54,076 nucleotides of DNA from Candidatus Subterrananammoxibius californiae (GCA_030586555.1 JAURAC010000009.1:1915-55990), one strand, 5' to 3'; counted from the first letter of the stretch, positions 9,556 through 19,196 are shown. A program made the numbers and translations. The notes: generated from the sequence alone by a model not told the origin.

Positions 9556-9632
9556 TGGTGGGCGATACTGGACTCGAACCAGTGACCTCTTGCTTGTAGG
9601 GCAAGCGCTCTCGCCAATTGAGCTAATCGCCC
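9556..9632 (-). tRNA. tRNA-Val(TAC)
   Basis: Acceptor GGGCGAT/ATCGCCC; anticodon arm CTTGC-CCTACAA-GCAAG; encoded CCA. Confidence 0.93.
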
Positions 9633-9728
9633 CAATTAAGGGTCTACGAGTCCTGGATCTTGACTCCTGACTCGCAACTTAGACTAACTATAACATTGCC
9701 TAAGCATTAAGTCAATAGAATTTTGCAT

Positions 9729-11150
9729 TCAAAAGAGGTCTAAGATTGCGGATGTGGCGGCTTTTATGAATGGATTGGGGAATATGCCAACGAGGAAGAG
9801 ACTGACGGTAATTGCAGAAAGCATGAGGAAAAGGGGCGCAGGGACGGGAATCTTTGATTCGTCCTCAGGGTCGAAAAGATACACGGACTTAACAATCTGG
9901 AAATAGTAATAGATTGAAATGGCGCTGCATGTAATTGCAATTAGAACAAGCCATAAAAGATTATGCTCAATTGCTGCGGCAAAGATATAAAACTTGCCAA
10001 CAAAGCCAGCCATAGGTGGTATCCCCGCAAGTGAAATAAGGGAAACTAATAGGACGAGGGCAAGAAATGGCGACCGTTTTGATAAGCCAGCGTAATCCTT
10101 TATCTCATCGGAACCAATCTTTGAGGAAACTATAACCACCACAGTAAATGCAGATACGATTGCTAAGGCATAAGCAATGATATAGAACAGTATTGAAGAC
10201 ACTGCCATCTTTGTTGCGCAAATAAGGCCGATTAATATATACCCCACATGACCGATACTGGAATAAGCAAGCAACCTCTTTATATTGGTCTGCGGAATGG
10301 CAGCAAGGTTTCCAAGACCCATAGATAGTATAGAGAGAACGATAAAGAATGCAATCCATCCTATCTTTACAGGTACAAATACTACCAGGAATATCCTCAG
10401 TATAACTGCCAGCGCCGCCGCCTTGGAGCCTGCGGCTAAAAACGCCGTTATTGGGGTAGGAGCTCCTTCATAAACATCCGGCGCCCACATGTGAAATGGC
10501 GCTACTGCCGCCTTAAAGCAAAGCCCGCCAATTACCAGTATTAATCCAATTATAAGAAACGGCTCTATCCCATGCCTGTTAACAGCGTCTTCAATAGAAG
10601 CAAAATCTGTGTGTCCAGTTAATGAAAAGATAATGCTTAATCCGTATAGAAGCACAGCAGATGCTGGTAAGCCGTAAAGGAGATACTTTAATCCTGCCTC
10701 GGCAGATTTCTTTTCCCTCAGATAAGCAACAAGGATATAGGAACTCACGCTCAAAAGCTCAATACTTATAAATAAGGTAACCAATTCTCCTGCTGAAGCA
10801 AGGAACATCATCCCCACCGTTGCAAGTAAGATTATGAAATAATATTCCCCAATCCCGAGAAGGATTTGTTTTTTTGTGTAATTTATAGAGGTTAATATAA
10901 TAAGGAAAGCAACTATTAGAAATACCCTTTTAAAAAACAGCGAAAATGAGTCAAGGATGAACATACCAGAAAAGGCAGTCTGCTTTATCTCTGATAGGGC
11001 GAATGTTGAAAGCAATGAAATAATTAACCCCAATATGGCTAAGTAGCCGAGCGCCCTTTGCCTGTCTTCAGGTAGAAGGGCTCCAAGTACCAAAATGCCA
11101 AATGCTACGAGGGTTACTATTATCTCGGGAATTAATAAATAATAGCTCAT
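9729..11150 (-). CDS. nuoN: NADH-quinone oxidoreductase subunit N
   Basis: EAGLKY, FKAAVAPFHMWAPDVYEGAPTP and KRLLAYSSI. Confidence 0.95.
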   Translation of the reverse strand: MSYYLLIPEIIVTLVAFGILVLGALLPEDRQRALGYLAILGLIISLLSTFALSEIKQTAFSGMFILDSFSLFFKRVFLIVAFLIILTSINYTKKQILLGIGEYYFIILLATVGMMFLASAGELVTLFISIELLSVSSYILVAYLREKKSAEAGLKYLLYGLPASAVLLYGLSIIFSLTGHTDFASIEDAVNRHGIEPFLIIGLILVIGGLCFKAAVAPFHMWAPDVYEGAPTPITAFLAAGSKAAALAVILRIFLVVFVPVKIGWIAFFIVLSILSMGLGNLAAIPQTNIKRLLAYSSIGHVGYILIGLICATKMAVSSILFYIIAYALAIVSAFTVVVIVSSKIGSDEIKDYAGLSKRSPFLALVLLVSLISLAGIPPMAGFVGKFYIFAAAIEHNLLWLVLIAITCSAISIYYYFQIVKSVYLFDPEDESKIPVPAPLFLMLSAITVSLFLVGIFPNPFIKAATSAILDLF

Positions 11151-12611
11151 TTATCCTCCGCCTAACCGTACTGCCAGTTGTGAGATTGCAGGACCGAGGG
11201 TGTCCAGTATAATTCTCGGATAGACGCCAACTGCAAATATTACTAACACCAGTGGCACAAGGGCAAGAAATTCTCTTTTGTCCACGTCTGGTAAATCGGC
11301 ATATTTTGGATTTAGCTCCCCAAGGAACATCCTTTCAAGCATCCAGAGTAGATACACTGCCGTAATAACAATGCCTGAGACTGAGGCAATGGTAAGAATT
11401 TTAAAAACAGGGAATGCGCCTGCGAAACAAAGGAACTCACTAATAAAGCCTGCAAGGCCTGGCAATCCCAGAGACGCCAAACAAGAGAAGAACATCAAGC
11501 TTGCATATCTCGGTACCTGTCGTGCAATGCCTCCAAAGGCATCTATATCCCTGACGTGCGCCCTGTCGTAAATGACACCTACTAACATGAATAGCGAGCC
11601 CGTTATTACGCCGTGGCTGAACATTTGAAGCACAGCCCCATTCAAGCCAGTTTTAGTTAAAGAAGCCATTGCCAGCAGTACATAACCCATGTGGCTGATA
11701 CTGGAATAGGCAATCATCTTCTTAAGGTCCTGTTGTGCCATTGCCGTACATGCGCCGTATATAATATTTATGACGCCGAGTATAGCGAAGGCATAAGAGA
11801 ACGTTACAGCAGCCTCAGGTAGCAGCGGGAAGCTCACCCTTAGAAACCCATACGTCCCCATCTTGAGCAATAGCCCCGCAAGGATAACGCTCCCCGCGGT
11901 TGGCGCCTCTACGTGAGCATCTGGAAGCCACGTGTGGAATGGGAATATGGGTACCTTTACTGCAAAACCAAAGAATAGCAGCAAGAAGACAAAACACTGG
12001 AACGATTTGGAAAAACCCTGTTTAGACAACTCGACGATGTTGAAGGTATGAGGTTCACTCACAAAGTACATGCTCAATATTCCTATTAGCATGACCAGGC
12101 TGCCCGCAGCAGTATAAAGGATGAACTTAATTGCCGCATACCTTCGATTTGCCCCACCCCATATCCCTATTAAAAAGTACATGGGTATGAGAACGAGTTC
12201 CCAGAAGATATAAAAGAGGAATAAATCTAAGGCTAAAAACACCCCCATTATCCCTGTCTCAAGCACAAGAAAGAGTATGAAATATTCCTTTACACGTGTG
12301 GTAATGTTCCAGGATACAATCAGGGCTAAGAAGGACAGAAACGTCGTCAAAAAGACCATCGGGATGCTTACCCCGTCAACACCTATAAAATAGTTTATAT
12401 TCAGTGACGGAATCCACGAGATGTTTTTGACGAACTGGAAGTCAGGATTAGCTTTATCAAAAACAATATAAAGATAAATGGAAATAAGCAATTCTACAAA
12501 GGCTATAAAGGTGCCTATAAACCTGATAGGAGCCTCTGCACCCTTTGGCAATAGAAGAATAAATAATGAGCCACAAAGAGGAAGAAATATTAGTATGGAT
12601 AATATGTCCAT
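11151..12611 (-). CDS. nuoM: NADH-quinone oxidoreductase subunit M
   Basis: FWELVLIPMY and PFHTWLPDAHVEAPTAGS. Confidence 0.95.
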   Translation of the reverse strand: MDILSILIFLPLCGSLFILLLPKGAEAPIRFIGTFIAFVELLISIYLYIVFDKANPDFQFVKNISWIPSLNINYFIGVDGVSIPMVFLTTFLSFLALIVSWNITTRVKEYFILFLVLETGIMGVFLALDLFLFYIFWELVLIPMYFLIGIWGGANRRYAAIKFILYTAAGSLVMLIGILSMYFVSEPHTFNIVELSKQGFSKSFQCFVFLLLFFGFAVKVPIFPFHTWLPDAHVEAPTAGSVILAGLLLKMGTYGFLRVSFPLLPEAAVTFSYAFAILGVINIIYGACTAMAQQDLKKMIAYSSISHMGYVLLAMASLTKTGLNGAVLQMFSHGVITGSLFMLVGVIYDRAHVRDIDAFGGIARQVPRYASLMFFSCLASLGLPGLAGFISEFLCFAGAFPVFKILTIASVSGIVITAVYLLWMLERMFLGELNPKYADLPDVDKREFLALVPLVLVIFAVGVYPRIILDTLGPAISQLAVRLGGG

Positions 12612-12737
12612 TTAATATGCTCCATTACAAAAACTATAATACAAAGAAACCCAAAATCTCAAGCACCAAATCCCAAATTCTAATGTTCAAATTACCAAAT
12701 GGAATTTTGAATTTTGTTCAATGGAATTTGGTGCTTA

Positions 12738-14690
12738 TTATTTGGCACTCATAATTTGGGACTGTACAAAGAAACTCACTAATATAAGAAAAATAATGCC
12801 AAGTACAAGTACCATAATGTACCTCTGGATAAACCCTGTCTGGAATTTGCGTACGCCTCTCCCAAAGAAAGTGATTACTGAAGCAACTCCATTAACTATA
12901 CCGTCAATCACAGAGAGGTCAAAACCTCCTGCAAACCTCGCGAGTTTAATAAAAGGCGTAACGAGAAACGAACTGTATATTTCATCCACGAAATATTTAT
13001 TTGCAAGCAATATGTAAAGAAAGCTATTAGTTAGCTTTTCACCGACACCAACCGTACTTCTGGAAGGATATATTACAACAGTCTTAAAGACATCAACGAA
13101 TACCCTCAGATTCGCCTTAATCTCCTCCAGATAAGCCATCCCCCTTCCACACAGGAGCCATGCTATATATATCCCTGCTACGCCAATCAGCACTGAAATT
13201 ACCATTACCATTAAAGAAGGCTCTGCGTGATGCATTGCAGCCTCGTGATGTATAAATTCCTGGAAGGCATTACCCATAAGGGGTGAACCTATGAAGCCGC
13301 CAATAACAGAAAGCCCCGCAAGGATTATTAAAGGAATCGTCATAACAGCCGGGGACTCATGTGGATGCCCATGCGCCCTGGATTCGCCAGTAAAGGCTAT
13401 AAAGAATATCCTGAACATATATACCGATGTAAAGAAAACAGTGATAAGTCCCATTATGAATAAAGGCAAGTTGTGGGTGGAATATGCGGCAAGCAGTATC
13501 TCATCCTTACTAAAGAAGCCTGAGAATGGAGGGATGCCGAGTAAGGAGAGTGAGCCAATCAGAAACGTAAGGGAAGTTATCTTCATATATTTAAATATCC
13601 CTCCCATTTCCGTTACGTCCCTCGTATGCATGGCATGTACAACGCTACCAGCGGCAAGGAATAGCAGTGCCTTGAAACAGGCGTGGGTCGTAAGATGAAA
13701 AAGGGATGCACTATAAGCGCCCACACCTAAGGCTAAGAACATGTAACCAAGCTGGCTGACGGTGGAATAGGCAAGCACCCTCTTCAGGTCATTCTGGGCA
13801 ATAGCGATTGAACCTGCAAACAATGCGGTAAAGCCTCCAGTATAAGCAACAATGAGCATGACGGTATGGCTTGCCGCAAAGAGGGTATAAGCCCTGGCTA
13901 CAAGATATACGCCTGCGGCAACCATGGTGGCAGCATGGATAAGAGCCGAGACCGGGCTTGGACCTTCCATAGCATCGGGAAGCCATACGTGGAGTGGGAA
14001 TTGGGCAGACTTTCCAATCGCACCACAGAATACAAGGAATGCCATAATCCCTATAAGACCATGACTTAATGTGCCGCTTTTTATCGCAGTCTCTATATCG
14101 TGGAAATTCAAGGAACCTATGGTGAACAGAATTACCAGGACGCCAACAAAAAAGAAGCTATCCCCAATCCTTGTAACAATAAATGCCTTCTTTGCAGCCT
14201 TTGCAGCTTCGGGTCGGTCGTACCAATGCCCAATTAAAAGATATGAGCACAGACCTACAAGTTCCCAGAAAATATACATCTGCAGAAGGTTGCTTGAGAG
14301 CACAAGACCAAGCATGGAAAACGTAAAGAGCGATATGAATGCATAATATCTTGCAAAGCCTCTATCCCCTGCCATATAACCCCTTGAGAATATCTGGATG
14401 AGGAGGCTGATAAGGCAAACAATGCAGAGCATGAGGGCTGAAAGTGGGTCAACGATTATACCCGCATCTATTTTTAGCCCCCCGATGCTAAACCATTGTG
14501 TTGTAAATTCCGTGGCTATATGATTACTAAATACCTTTTTTAGAACGGAACAACTGAGGATAAAGGAAAACAAGATTGTGAAAATTGAAAAGAATGTGGT
14601 TTGATAGGGCTTTTTTCTTGTCAAAAGGGCTATATATAAGAATGATAGGAATGGTAAGAAAGCAATAACCCAACTGTACGATAAATTCAA
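12738..14690 (-). CDS. nuoL: NADH-quinone oxidoreductase subunit L
   Basis: GKSAQFPLHVWLPDAMEGPSPVSALIHAATMV; TTG start preceded by AGGAG. Confidence 0.95.
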   Translation of the reverse strand: MNLSYSWVIAFLPFLSFLYIALLTRKKPYQTTFFSIFTILFSFILSCSVLKKVFSNHIATEFTTQWFSIGGLKIDAGIIVDPLSALMLCIVCLISLLIQIFSRGYMAGDRGFARYYAFISLFTFSMLGLVLSSNLLQMYIFWELVGLCSYLLIGHWYDRPEAAKAAKKAFIVTRIGDSFFFVGVLVILFTIGSLNFHDIETAIKSGTLSHGLIGIMAFLVFCGAIGKSAQFPLHVWLPDAMEGPSPVSALIHAATMVAAGVYLVARAYTLFAASHTVMLIVAYTGGFTALFAGSIAIAQNDLKRVLAYSTVSQLGYMFLALGVGAYSASLFHLTTHACFKALLFLAAGSVVHAMHTRDVTEMGGIFKYMKITSLTFLIGSLSLLGIPPFSGFFSKDEILLAAYSTHNLPLFIMGLITVFFTSVYMFRIFFIAFTGESRAHGHPHESPAVMTIPLIILAGLSVIGGFIGSPLMGNAFQEFIHHEAAMHHAEPSLMVMVISVLIGVAGIYIAWLLCGRGMAYLEEIKANLRVFVDVFKTVVIYPSRSTVGVGEKLTNSFLYILLANKYFVDEIYSSFLVTPFIKLARFAGGFDLSVIDGIVNGVASVITFFGRGVRKFQTGFIQRYIMVLVLGIIFLILVSFFVQSQIMSAK

Positions 14691-14767
14691 CTCTACTCCT
14701 TAGTTTTAAGGCAATGGGCAATGGGCAATAGGAAATATTGGCTCTTACCTATCGCCAATCGCCAAAT

Positions 14768-15073
14768 TTATCCTTTCAGAGAATCTATCTTTTGAAGGTC
14801 TATATCCTTAAAAAATCTAAACACAGATAATATTATTGCCAGCCCGATAGTTGTTTCTGCGGCTGCAAGGACGATTATAAAGACGGTAAAAACCTGGCCA
14901 GGTATTGCCCCCTTTGTAAGGTAAGATGACGAAGCTACTATGTTAATGTTAGCGGCGTTCAACATTAGTTCCATAGACATAAGTACCCCTATTGCCGTTT
15001 TTCTTGAAAGCACTCCGTAAAGGCCAATGCAAAAAATTATTGCCCCAAGAAAAAGATAATGGTGGAGGGACAA
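14768..15073 (-). CDS. nuoK: NADH-quinone oxidoreductase subunit K
   Basis: MSMELMLNAANIN and AAAE; three TM helices. Confidence 0.92.
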   Translation of the reverse strand: MSLHHYLFLGAIIFCIGLYGVLSRKTAIGVLMSMELMLNAANINIVASSSYLTKGAIPGQVFTVFIIVLAAAETTIGLAIILSVFRFFKDIDLQKIDSLKG

Positions 15074-15108
15074 AATCTATTTCTCCTTCTTTATACCTAA
15101 GTATTTAT

Positions 15109-15339
15109 TTACTCTAAAAGTTTATTAAATTCTTCTATGGATAAGTAAGCATCTCTTATTAAAGACCTGAGAAGTCCACGATCCAACTCCTTATGGTCTG
15201 GAATAGAAAGGGTTGTAATCATCCCTTTCTTTTTCATTATCATGTGTCTATTGCTACCAATTCTTACAAGTCTCCAACCTGCTTTTTCGAAAGCCTTCAC
15301 TGCCTTTTTACCCGAGATTACTGGTAAGCCCGATGTCAT
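15109..15339 (-). CDS. hicA: HicA-family toxin
   Basis: SGKKAVKAFEKAGW, conserved His, IPDHKELDRGLLRSLI. Confidence 0.85.
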   Translation of the reverse strand: MTSGLPVISGKKAVKAFEKAGWRLVRIGSNRHMIMKKKGMITTLSIPDHKELDRGLLRSLIRDAYLSIEEFNKLLE

Positions 15340-15545
15340 TATACAGAAACCTCAAAATAAGCTATCTCTTTACCTTGAGGTAATAAATCTTTATCAAGTG
15401 CTTCCAGACAGGACTTAATAGCATCTTTAATGTTTTCAATCGTCTCTTCTATAGTGTTGCCCTGCGAATGACAACCAGGTATAGCAGGGCAATGAGCTAT
15501 ATAACCAAAGTCCTCACCCTTTTCAATTAAAACACGATAAATCAC
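15339..15545 (-). CDS. hicB: HicB-family antitoxin (short, no DNA-binding domain)
   Basis: PAIPGCHSQGNTIEETIENIKDAI; stop overlaps the hicA start. Confidence 0.85.
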   Translation of the reverse strand: MIYRVLIEKGEDFGYIAHCPAIPGCHSQGNTIEETIENIKDAIKSCLEALDKDLLPQGKEIAYFEVSV

Positions 15546-15568
15546 TTTTAATCTCCTATGATAAAAAT

Positions 15569-16069
15569 CTACTGCTTCCTTGCAATAACAATCGCCCCTA
15601 TTAACGCTACTAACAGGACAAGTGATACAAGTTCAAATGGCAGTACGTACGTTGTGAGAATTTCTGTACCGAGTTCCCTGAATCCGCCTGAGGCGGATGG
15701 GGCATCTTGCTTGTGCAAATTGCTAAAAGCATTTGTTTTGGCAAGGGCAAGGATAAGAAAAAAGAGCATGACAGAAGAAGCCCCCAGGGCAAGCCCTCTT
15801 TGCCTGTTTGACATTGCCTGGGAAAAATCAGAAATTTTAAACGTAAGCATAACAATGAAGAGGAAAAGAACAACAACTGCTCCCACAAAAATAAAGACTT
15901 GGACAACGACCAGAAAATCTAACTTTAATGAGGCATAAAGACCTGCAATGCTCAACAAAAAAAGGGCTAAAAACATAACGGCATGAACGATGTTCCGCAA
16001 TGTAACAACAAGCACGCCAGCGCCCACAGCTACTATTGCAATAGCATAGAAAATAAGACTTTCGCTCAT
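15569..16069 (-). CDS. nuoJ: NADH-quinone oxidoreductase subunit J
   Basis: NIVHA, GAVVVLFLF and YVLPFELVS. Start moved to ATG 16069 (or 16075) because the upstream extension is a repeat element. Confidence 0.9.
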   Translation of the reverse strand: MSESLIFYAIAIVAVGAGVLVVTLRNIVHAVMFLALFLLSIAGLYASLKLDFLVVVQVFIFVGAVVVLFLFIVMLTFKISDFSQAMSNRQRGLALGASSVMLFFLILALAKTNAFSNLHKQDAPSASGGFRELGTEILTTYVLPFELVSLVLLVALIGAIVIARKQ

Positions 16070-16088
16070 AACCATGCGCAAAACTGTG

Positions 16089-16160
16089 GTAGACAACGAG
16101 GTTTTACCTCGTTGATTCTTTCCATAGTTGAAATCAACGAACATAAAGTTCGTTGTCTAC
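16089..16160. repeat. REPIN-like doublet of GTAG-terminated REPs (copy 1)
   Basis: GTAGACAACGAGGTTTTACCTCGTTGA...TCAACGAACATAAAGTTCGTTGTCTAC; a copy with near-identical arms lies at 46274-46349. Confidence 0.85.
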
Positions 16161-18049
16161 CGTCCCTTTGCTCCTTTTAACAAGTCCTCTTTTGTGAGCA
16201 CCATCTTTGTCCTATCATAGGAGGCAAGTTCGTAGGTCTTTGTCATCTTCAAACAGGCGGTTGGGCAGACCTCGACGCAGAACCCACAAAACATGCACTT
16301 TGAAAGGTCAAGAGAATACTGAATCTTTTCAGTATTGTCAAGTTTTATCCTGCCTACTTCAATACATGCGGCTGGACAAACATCCCTGCAATAGCCACAG
16401 CCAACACAGTAATTAAGCTTGCAGGAAAGGCATCTTTTAGCCTCTTGCATTGCCTCTTCTTGCGTATAACCCAACTCAACCTCGTTGAAATTGCGCTTTC
16501 TTTCCTCTGCTGATAGTTTCTTCATCGTGATTCGTGTTCTTGAAGTGGTGGTAGGTTGTTCACCCACAAAGCCTCCTTCAAATAGCGTTGAACGCATTCT
16601 CTCCTCTTTCTTAAGTACGCTAAGTATGGAGAGTCGCGTTCCGCCTCCGAGATATTCGTGGATAGCAAGGGCAGCCTTTTTCCCTTGGCCCATTGCTTCG
16701 GTTGCGGTTCCGGGTCCAATGACTACATCACCGCCTGCATATACGCCCGGTCGTTTTGTGGCGCATGTCTTCGGGTCAATCTTTATTGTGCCCGTTCTGG
16801 AAAACTCAATCTCTATGTTTTCCAACCATTTCAGGTTTGGCCTTCTACCAATAGCTGTAATTACTCTATCAGCCTCTATGATAAATTCGGAACCCTCTAT
16901 AGGTACCGGTCTTCTCCTGCCACTGGCATCCCGTTCTCCGAGTTTCATTTTCAGACATTCCATGGCGCTGGCCACGCCATTTTTACCAATTACAGCCTTG
17001 GGAGCGCTGAGGAATTTTATTTTTACGCCTTCTTCCTCTGCATCTTCAATCTCAGTGTGGTGAGCAGTCATCTCTGCAATTGTCCTTCTATACAGGATTG
17101 TTACACTTTTGGCACCGAGCCTCATAGATGACCTTGCACAGTCAACAGCAGTATTACCACCGCCGACTATGACAACATGATTTGCTTTGGGGATTTTACC
17201 TCCCAGTGCAAGTTCTTTAAGGAAGGTTTCCCCTGGATATACCCCCTTAAACTCCTCGCCCGGGACATCGAGTTTAAACTCTTCAAGGGCGCCAACGCCG
17301 AGGAATACAGCCTCGAAGCCATCAGCAAAAAGCTTATCGAGAGAATCAATTCTTGTGTTATATTTTATCTCGACTCCGAGGTCTACTATTGTTTGAACCT
17401 CGCTGTCTAAGACTTCCCTCGGTAGTCTATAGGATGGTATTCCAATGTACAGGAAGCCTCCGGCAACAGGAAGCGCCTCGAAGATAGTAACCCTGTAGCC
17501 AAATCTTGCAAGGAAAAAGGCTGCGCTAAGCCCTGCCGGACCTGCGCCAACAATAGCCACCCTTTTACCATTATCAGGCAGTTTTGAAATTGGTATCTTA
17601 TCATGCGACCTCAGTTCAAACTCTGCAACAAATCTCTTAAGGGCATCAATTGCTATCGGGTCTCCAAAATCGTTTCTCTTACATGCAGTCTCACATGGCC
17701 TTGTACAGACACGTCCGCAAATGGAGGGTAGCGCAATATCCTCCCTTACAAGCGCCAGTGATTCTGCAAATTTGCCCTGGGCAACTAATCTTACGTAGTC
17801 TCTCGATGCTACATTTGCAGCGCAGGCAGACATGCAAGGGGGCATTTCATTAGACAAGTTGCAACGTGATACAGCGCTCTCGCCAGCCATTCCAGTCATC
17901 GTATGCAGCCAACGCGACCTGTCAGGGAGTTCCCTCCTTTCCTTAGGGTATTGTACCGTTATAGATGGTTTGAAAAGATACTTTAACGTAAGAAGCATTC
18001 CAGTAACCAAACTGTATGCTCCAAAAGTAGTTTTTTTGATTATCTTCAT
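16157..18049 (-). CDS. nuoI: NuoI with an inserted GltD/NfnB-like FAD- and NAD(P)H-binding oxidoreductase domain
   Basis: N-terminus LTLKYLFKPSITVQYP is NuoI-like. Middle has ICGRVCTRPCETAC, GAGPAGL, GGGNTA, YRR and AGGD. C-terminus has two CxxCxxCxxxCP motifs and the NuoI tail YELASYDR...TKEDLL. Lies between nuoH and nuoJ. Confidence 0.88.
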   Translation of the reverse strand: MKIIKKTTFGAYSLVTGMLLTLKYLFKPSITVQYPKERRELPDRSRWLHTMTGMAGESAVSRCNLSNEMPPCMSACAANVASRDYVRLVAQGKFAESLALVREDIALPSICGRVCTRPCETACKRNDFGDPIAIDALKRFVAEFELRSHDKIPISKLPDNGKRVAIVGAGPAGLSAAFFLARFGYRVTIFEALPVAGGFLYIGIPSYRLPREVLDSEVQTIVDLGVEIKYNTRIDSLDKLFADGFEAVFLGVGALEEFKLDVPGEEFKGVYPGETFLKELALGGKIPKANHVVIVGGGNTAVDCARSSMRLGAKSVTILYRRTIAEMTAHHTEIEDAEEEGVKIKFLSAPKAVIGKNGVASAMECLKMKLGERDASGRRRPVPIEGSEFIIEADRVITAIGRRPNLKWLENIEIEFSRTGTIKIDPKTCATKRPGVYAGGDVVIGPGTATEAMGQGKKAALAIHEYLGGGTRLSILSVLKKEERMRSTLFEGGFVGEQPTTTSRTRITMKKLSAEERKRNFNEVELGYTQEEAMQEAKRCLSCKLNYCVGCGYCRDVCPAACIEVGRIKLDNTEKIQYSLDLSKCMFCGFCVEVCPTACLKMTKTYELASYDRTKMVLTKEDLLKGAKGR

Positions 18050-18058
18050 GTTCTAATT

Positions 18059-18106
18059 AACCACCCCTCAATCCCCTCCTTGCGAAGGAGGGGATAAAGG
18101 GGAGGT
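18059..18106 (+). repeat. 48-nt CCCCTCC/GGAGGGG palindromic element, intergenic copy
   Basis: AACCACCCCTCAATCCCCTCCTTGCGAAGGAGGGGATAAAGGGGAGGT; near-identical copy in-frame in uvrA at 53309-53356. Confidence 0.85.
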
Positions 18107-18108
18107 GT

Positions 18109-19152
18109 TTATGTGAATATTACCACAAATACACCGGTTAAGCCGATGTTTAAAAAAGCCAGAGGAGTAAGAAATTTCCAGGAAAAGGACATTAACTGGT
18201 CAACCCTTATTCTCGGAAATGTCCATCTTGCCCACATTAAAAGAAATATTACTGAATAAGTTTTAAGAAAGAACCATATTATCGGCGGAAGTACGGGACC
18301 GTTCCAGCCTCCCAAAAAGAGCACTGTTGCTATAGCGGATATTGTAAACATATTTGTGTATTCACCTAAAAAGAACATGGCAAACCTGATTCCTGAATAC
18401 TCCGTATGGAATCCTGCAACAAGCTCGCTTTCTGCTTCAGGGAGGTCAAAGGGCGCCCTATTTACCTCGGCAGTTGCAGAAATAATATAAAGGATAAAAC
18501 CGAGAGGTTGCAAAAGGATATACCAGAGCCTTGACTGGTGTTCGACTATCTGGGTCATGCTGAGGGTCTGGGCAAGCATAATAACCCCTACAACGGAAAG
18601 CGTCATGGGAAGTTCGTAGCTAAGTATCTGTGCGGATGAACGCAGTCCGCCGAGCAACGTGTATTTGTTATTTGAGCTCCAGCCAGCCATCATTATTCCC
18701 AGTACCCCCATGCTTGTGGCTGCAAAGAGGTAGAGGATGCCCATGTTTAAGTCCCTCATGGTTGCCCCAGGTGCCCAGGGGATTACTACGTACGCCATAA
18801 CGGCCGTTGTAAAGACAATTATTGGTGAAATGAAATAAATCCATTTATCAGCAGCCTTCGGGGTAATCCCTTCCTTTAATATAAGTTTTATCCCATCGGC
18901 AATAGGTTGGAGTATTCCATGCCAACCTACCCTCATGGGTCCGAGCCTTACCTGTATATGGGCAGAAACCTTCCTTTCAAGCCAGATAAGAAACATGGCA
19001 TTAACAGAGATAAACGCAAGGATTAGCCCTATACAAATAATGGGTATTAACAAATGCAGGAAAAATACCGGGACATGATACTGAACAAAAAGACCCTGCA
19101 GTGCATTATAAATGTTATCAATTAACTTTTTTGTATCGTAAAGTAATTCCAT
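18109..19152 (-). CDS. nuoH: NADH-quinone oxidoreductase subunit H
   Basis: WLERKVSA, QPIADGIKL and NRAPFDLPEAESELVAGFHTEYSG. Confidence 0.96.
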   Translation of the reverse strand: MELLYDTKKLIDNIYNALQGLFVQYHVPVFFLHLLIPIICIGLILAFISVNAMFLIWLERKVSAHIQVRLGPMRVGWHGILQPIADGIKLILKEGITPKAADKWIYFISPIIVFTTAVMAYVVIPWAPGATMRDLNMGILYLFAATSMGVLGIMMAGWSSNNKYTLLGGLRSSAQILSYELPMTLSVVGVIMLAQTLSMTQIVEHQSRLWYILLQPLGFILYIISATAEVNRAPFDLPEAESELVAGFHTEYSGIRFAMFFLGEYTNMFTISAIATVLFLGGWNGPVLPPIIWFFLKTYSVIFLLMWARWTFPRIRVDQLMSFSWKFLTPLAFLNIGLTGVFVVIFT

Positions 19153-19164
19153 GCAAATTCTGTG

Positions 19165-19192
19165 GTAGTGGCACGGTGCGCCGTGCCCTTAC
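19165..19192. repeat. GTAG-type REP palindrome (family B)
   Basis: GTAGTGGCACGGTGCGCCGTGCCCTTAC; relatives at 26480-26507, 31764-31791, 38409-38435 and a partial copy at 5057. Confidence 0.75.
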
Positions 19193-19196
19193 CTCT

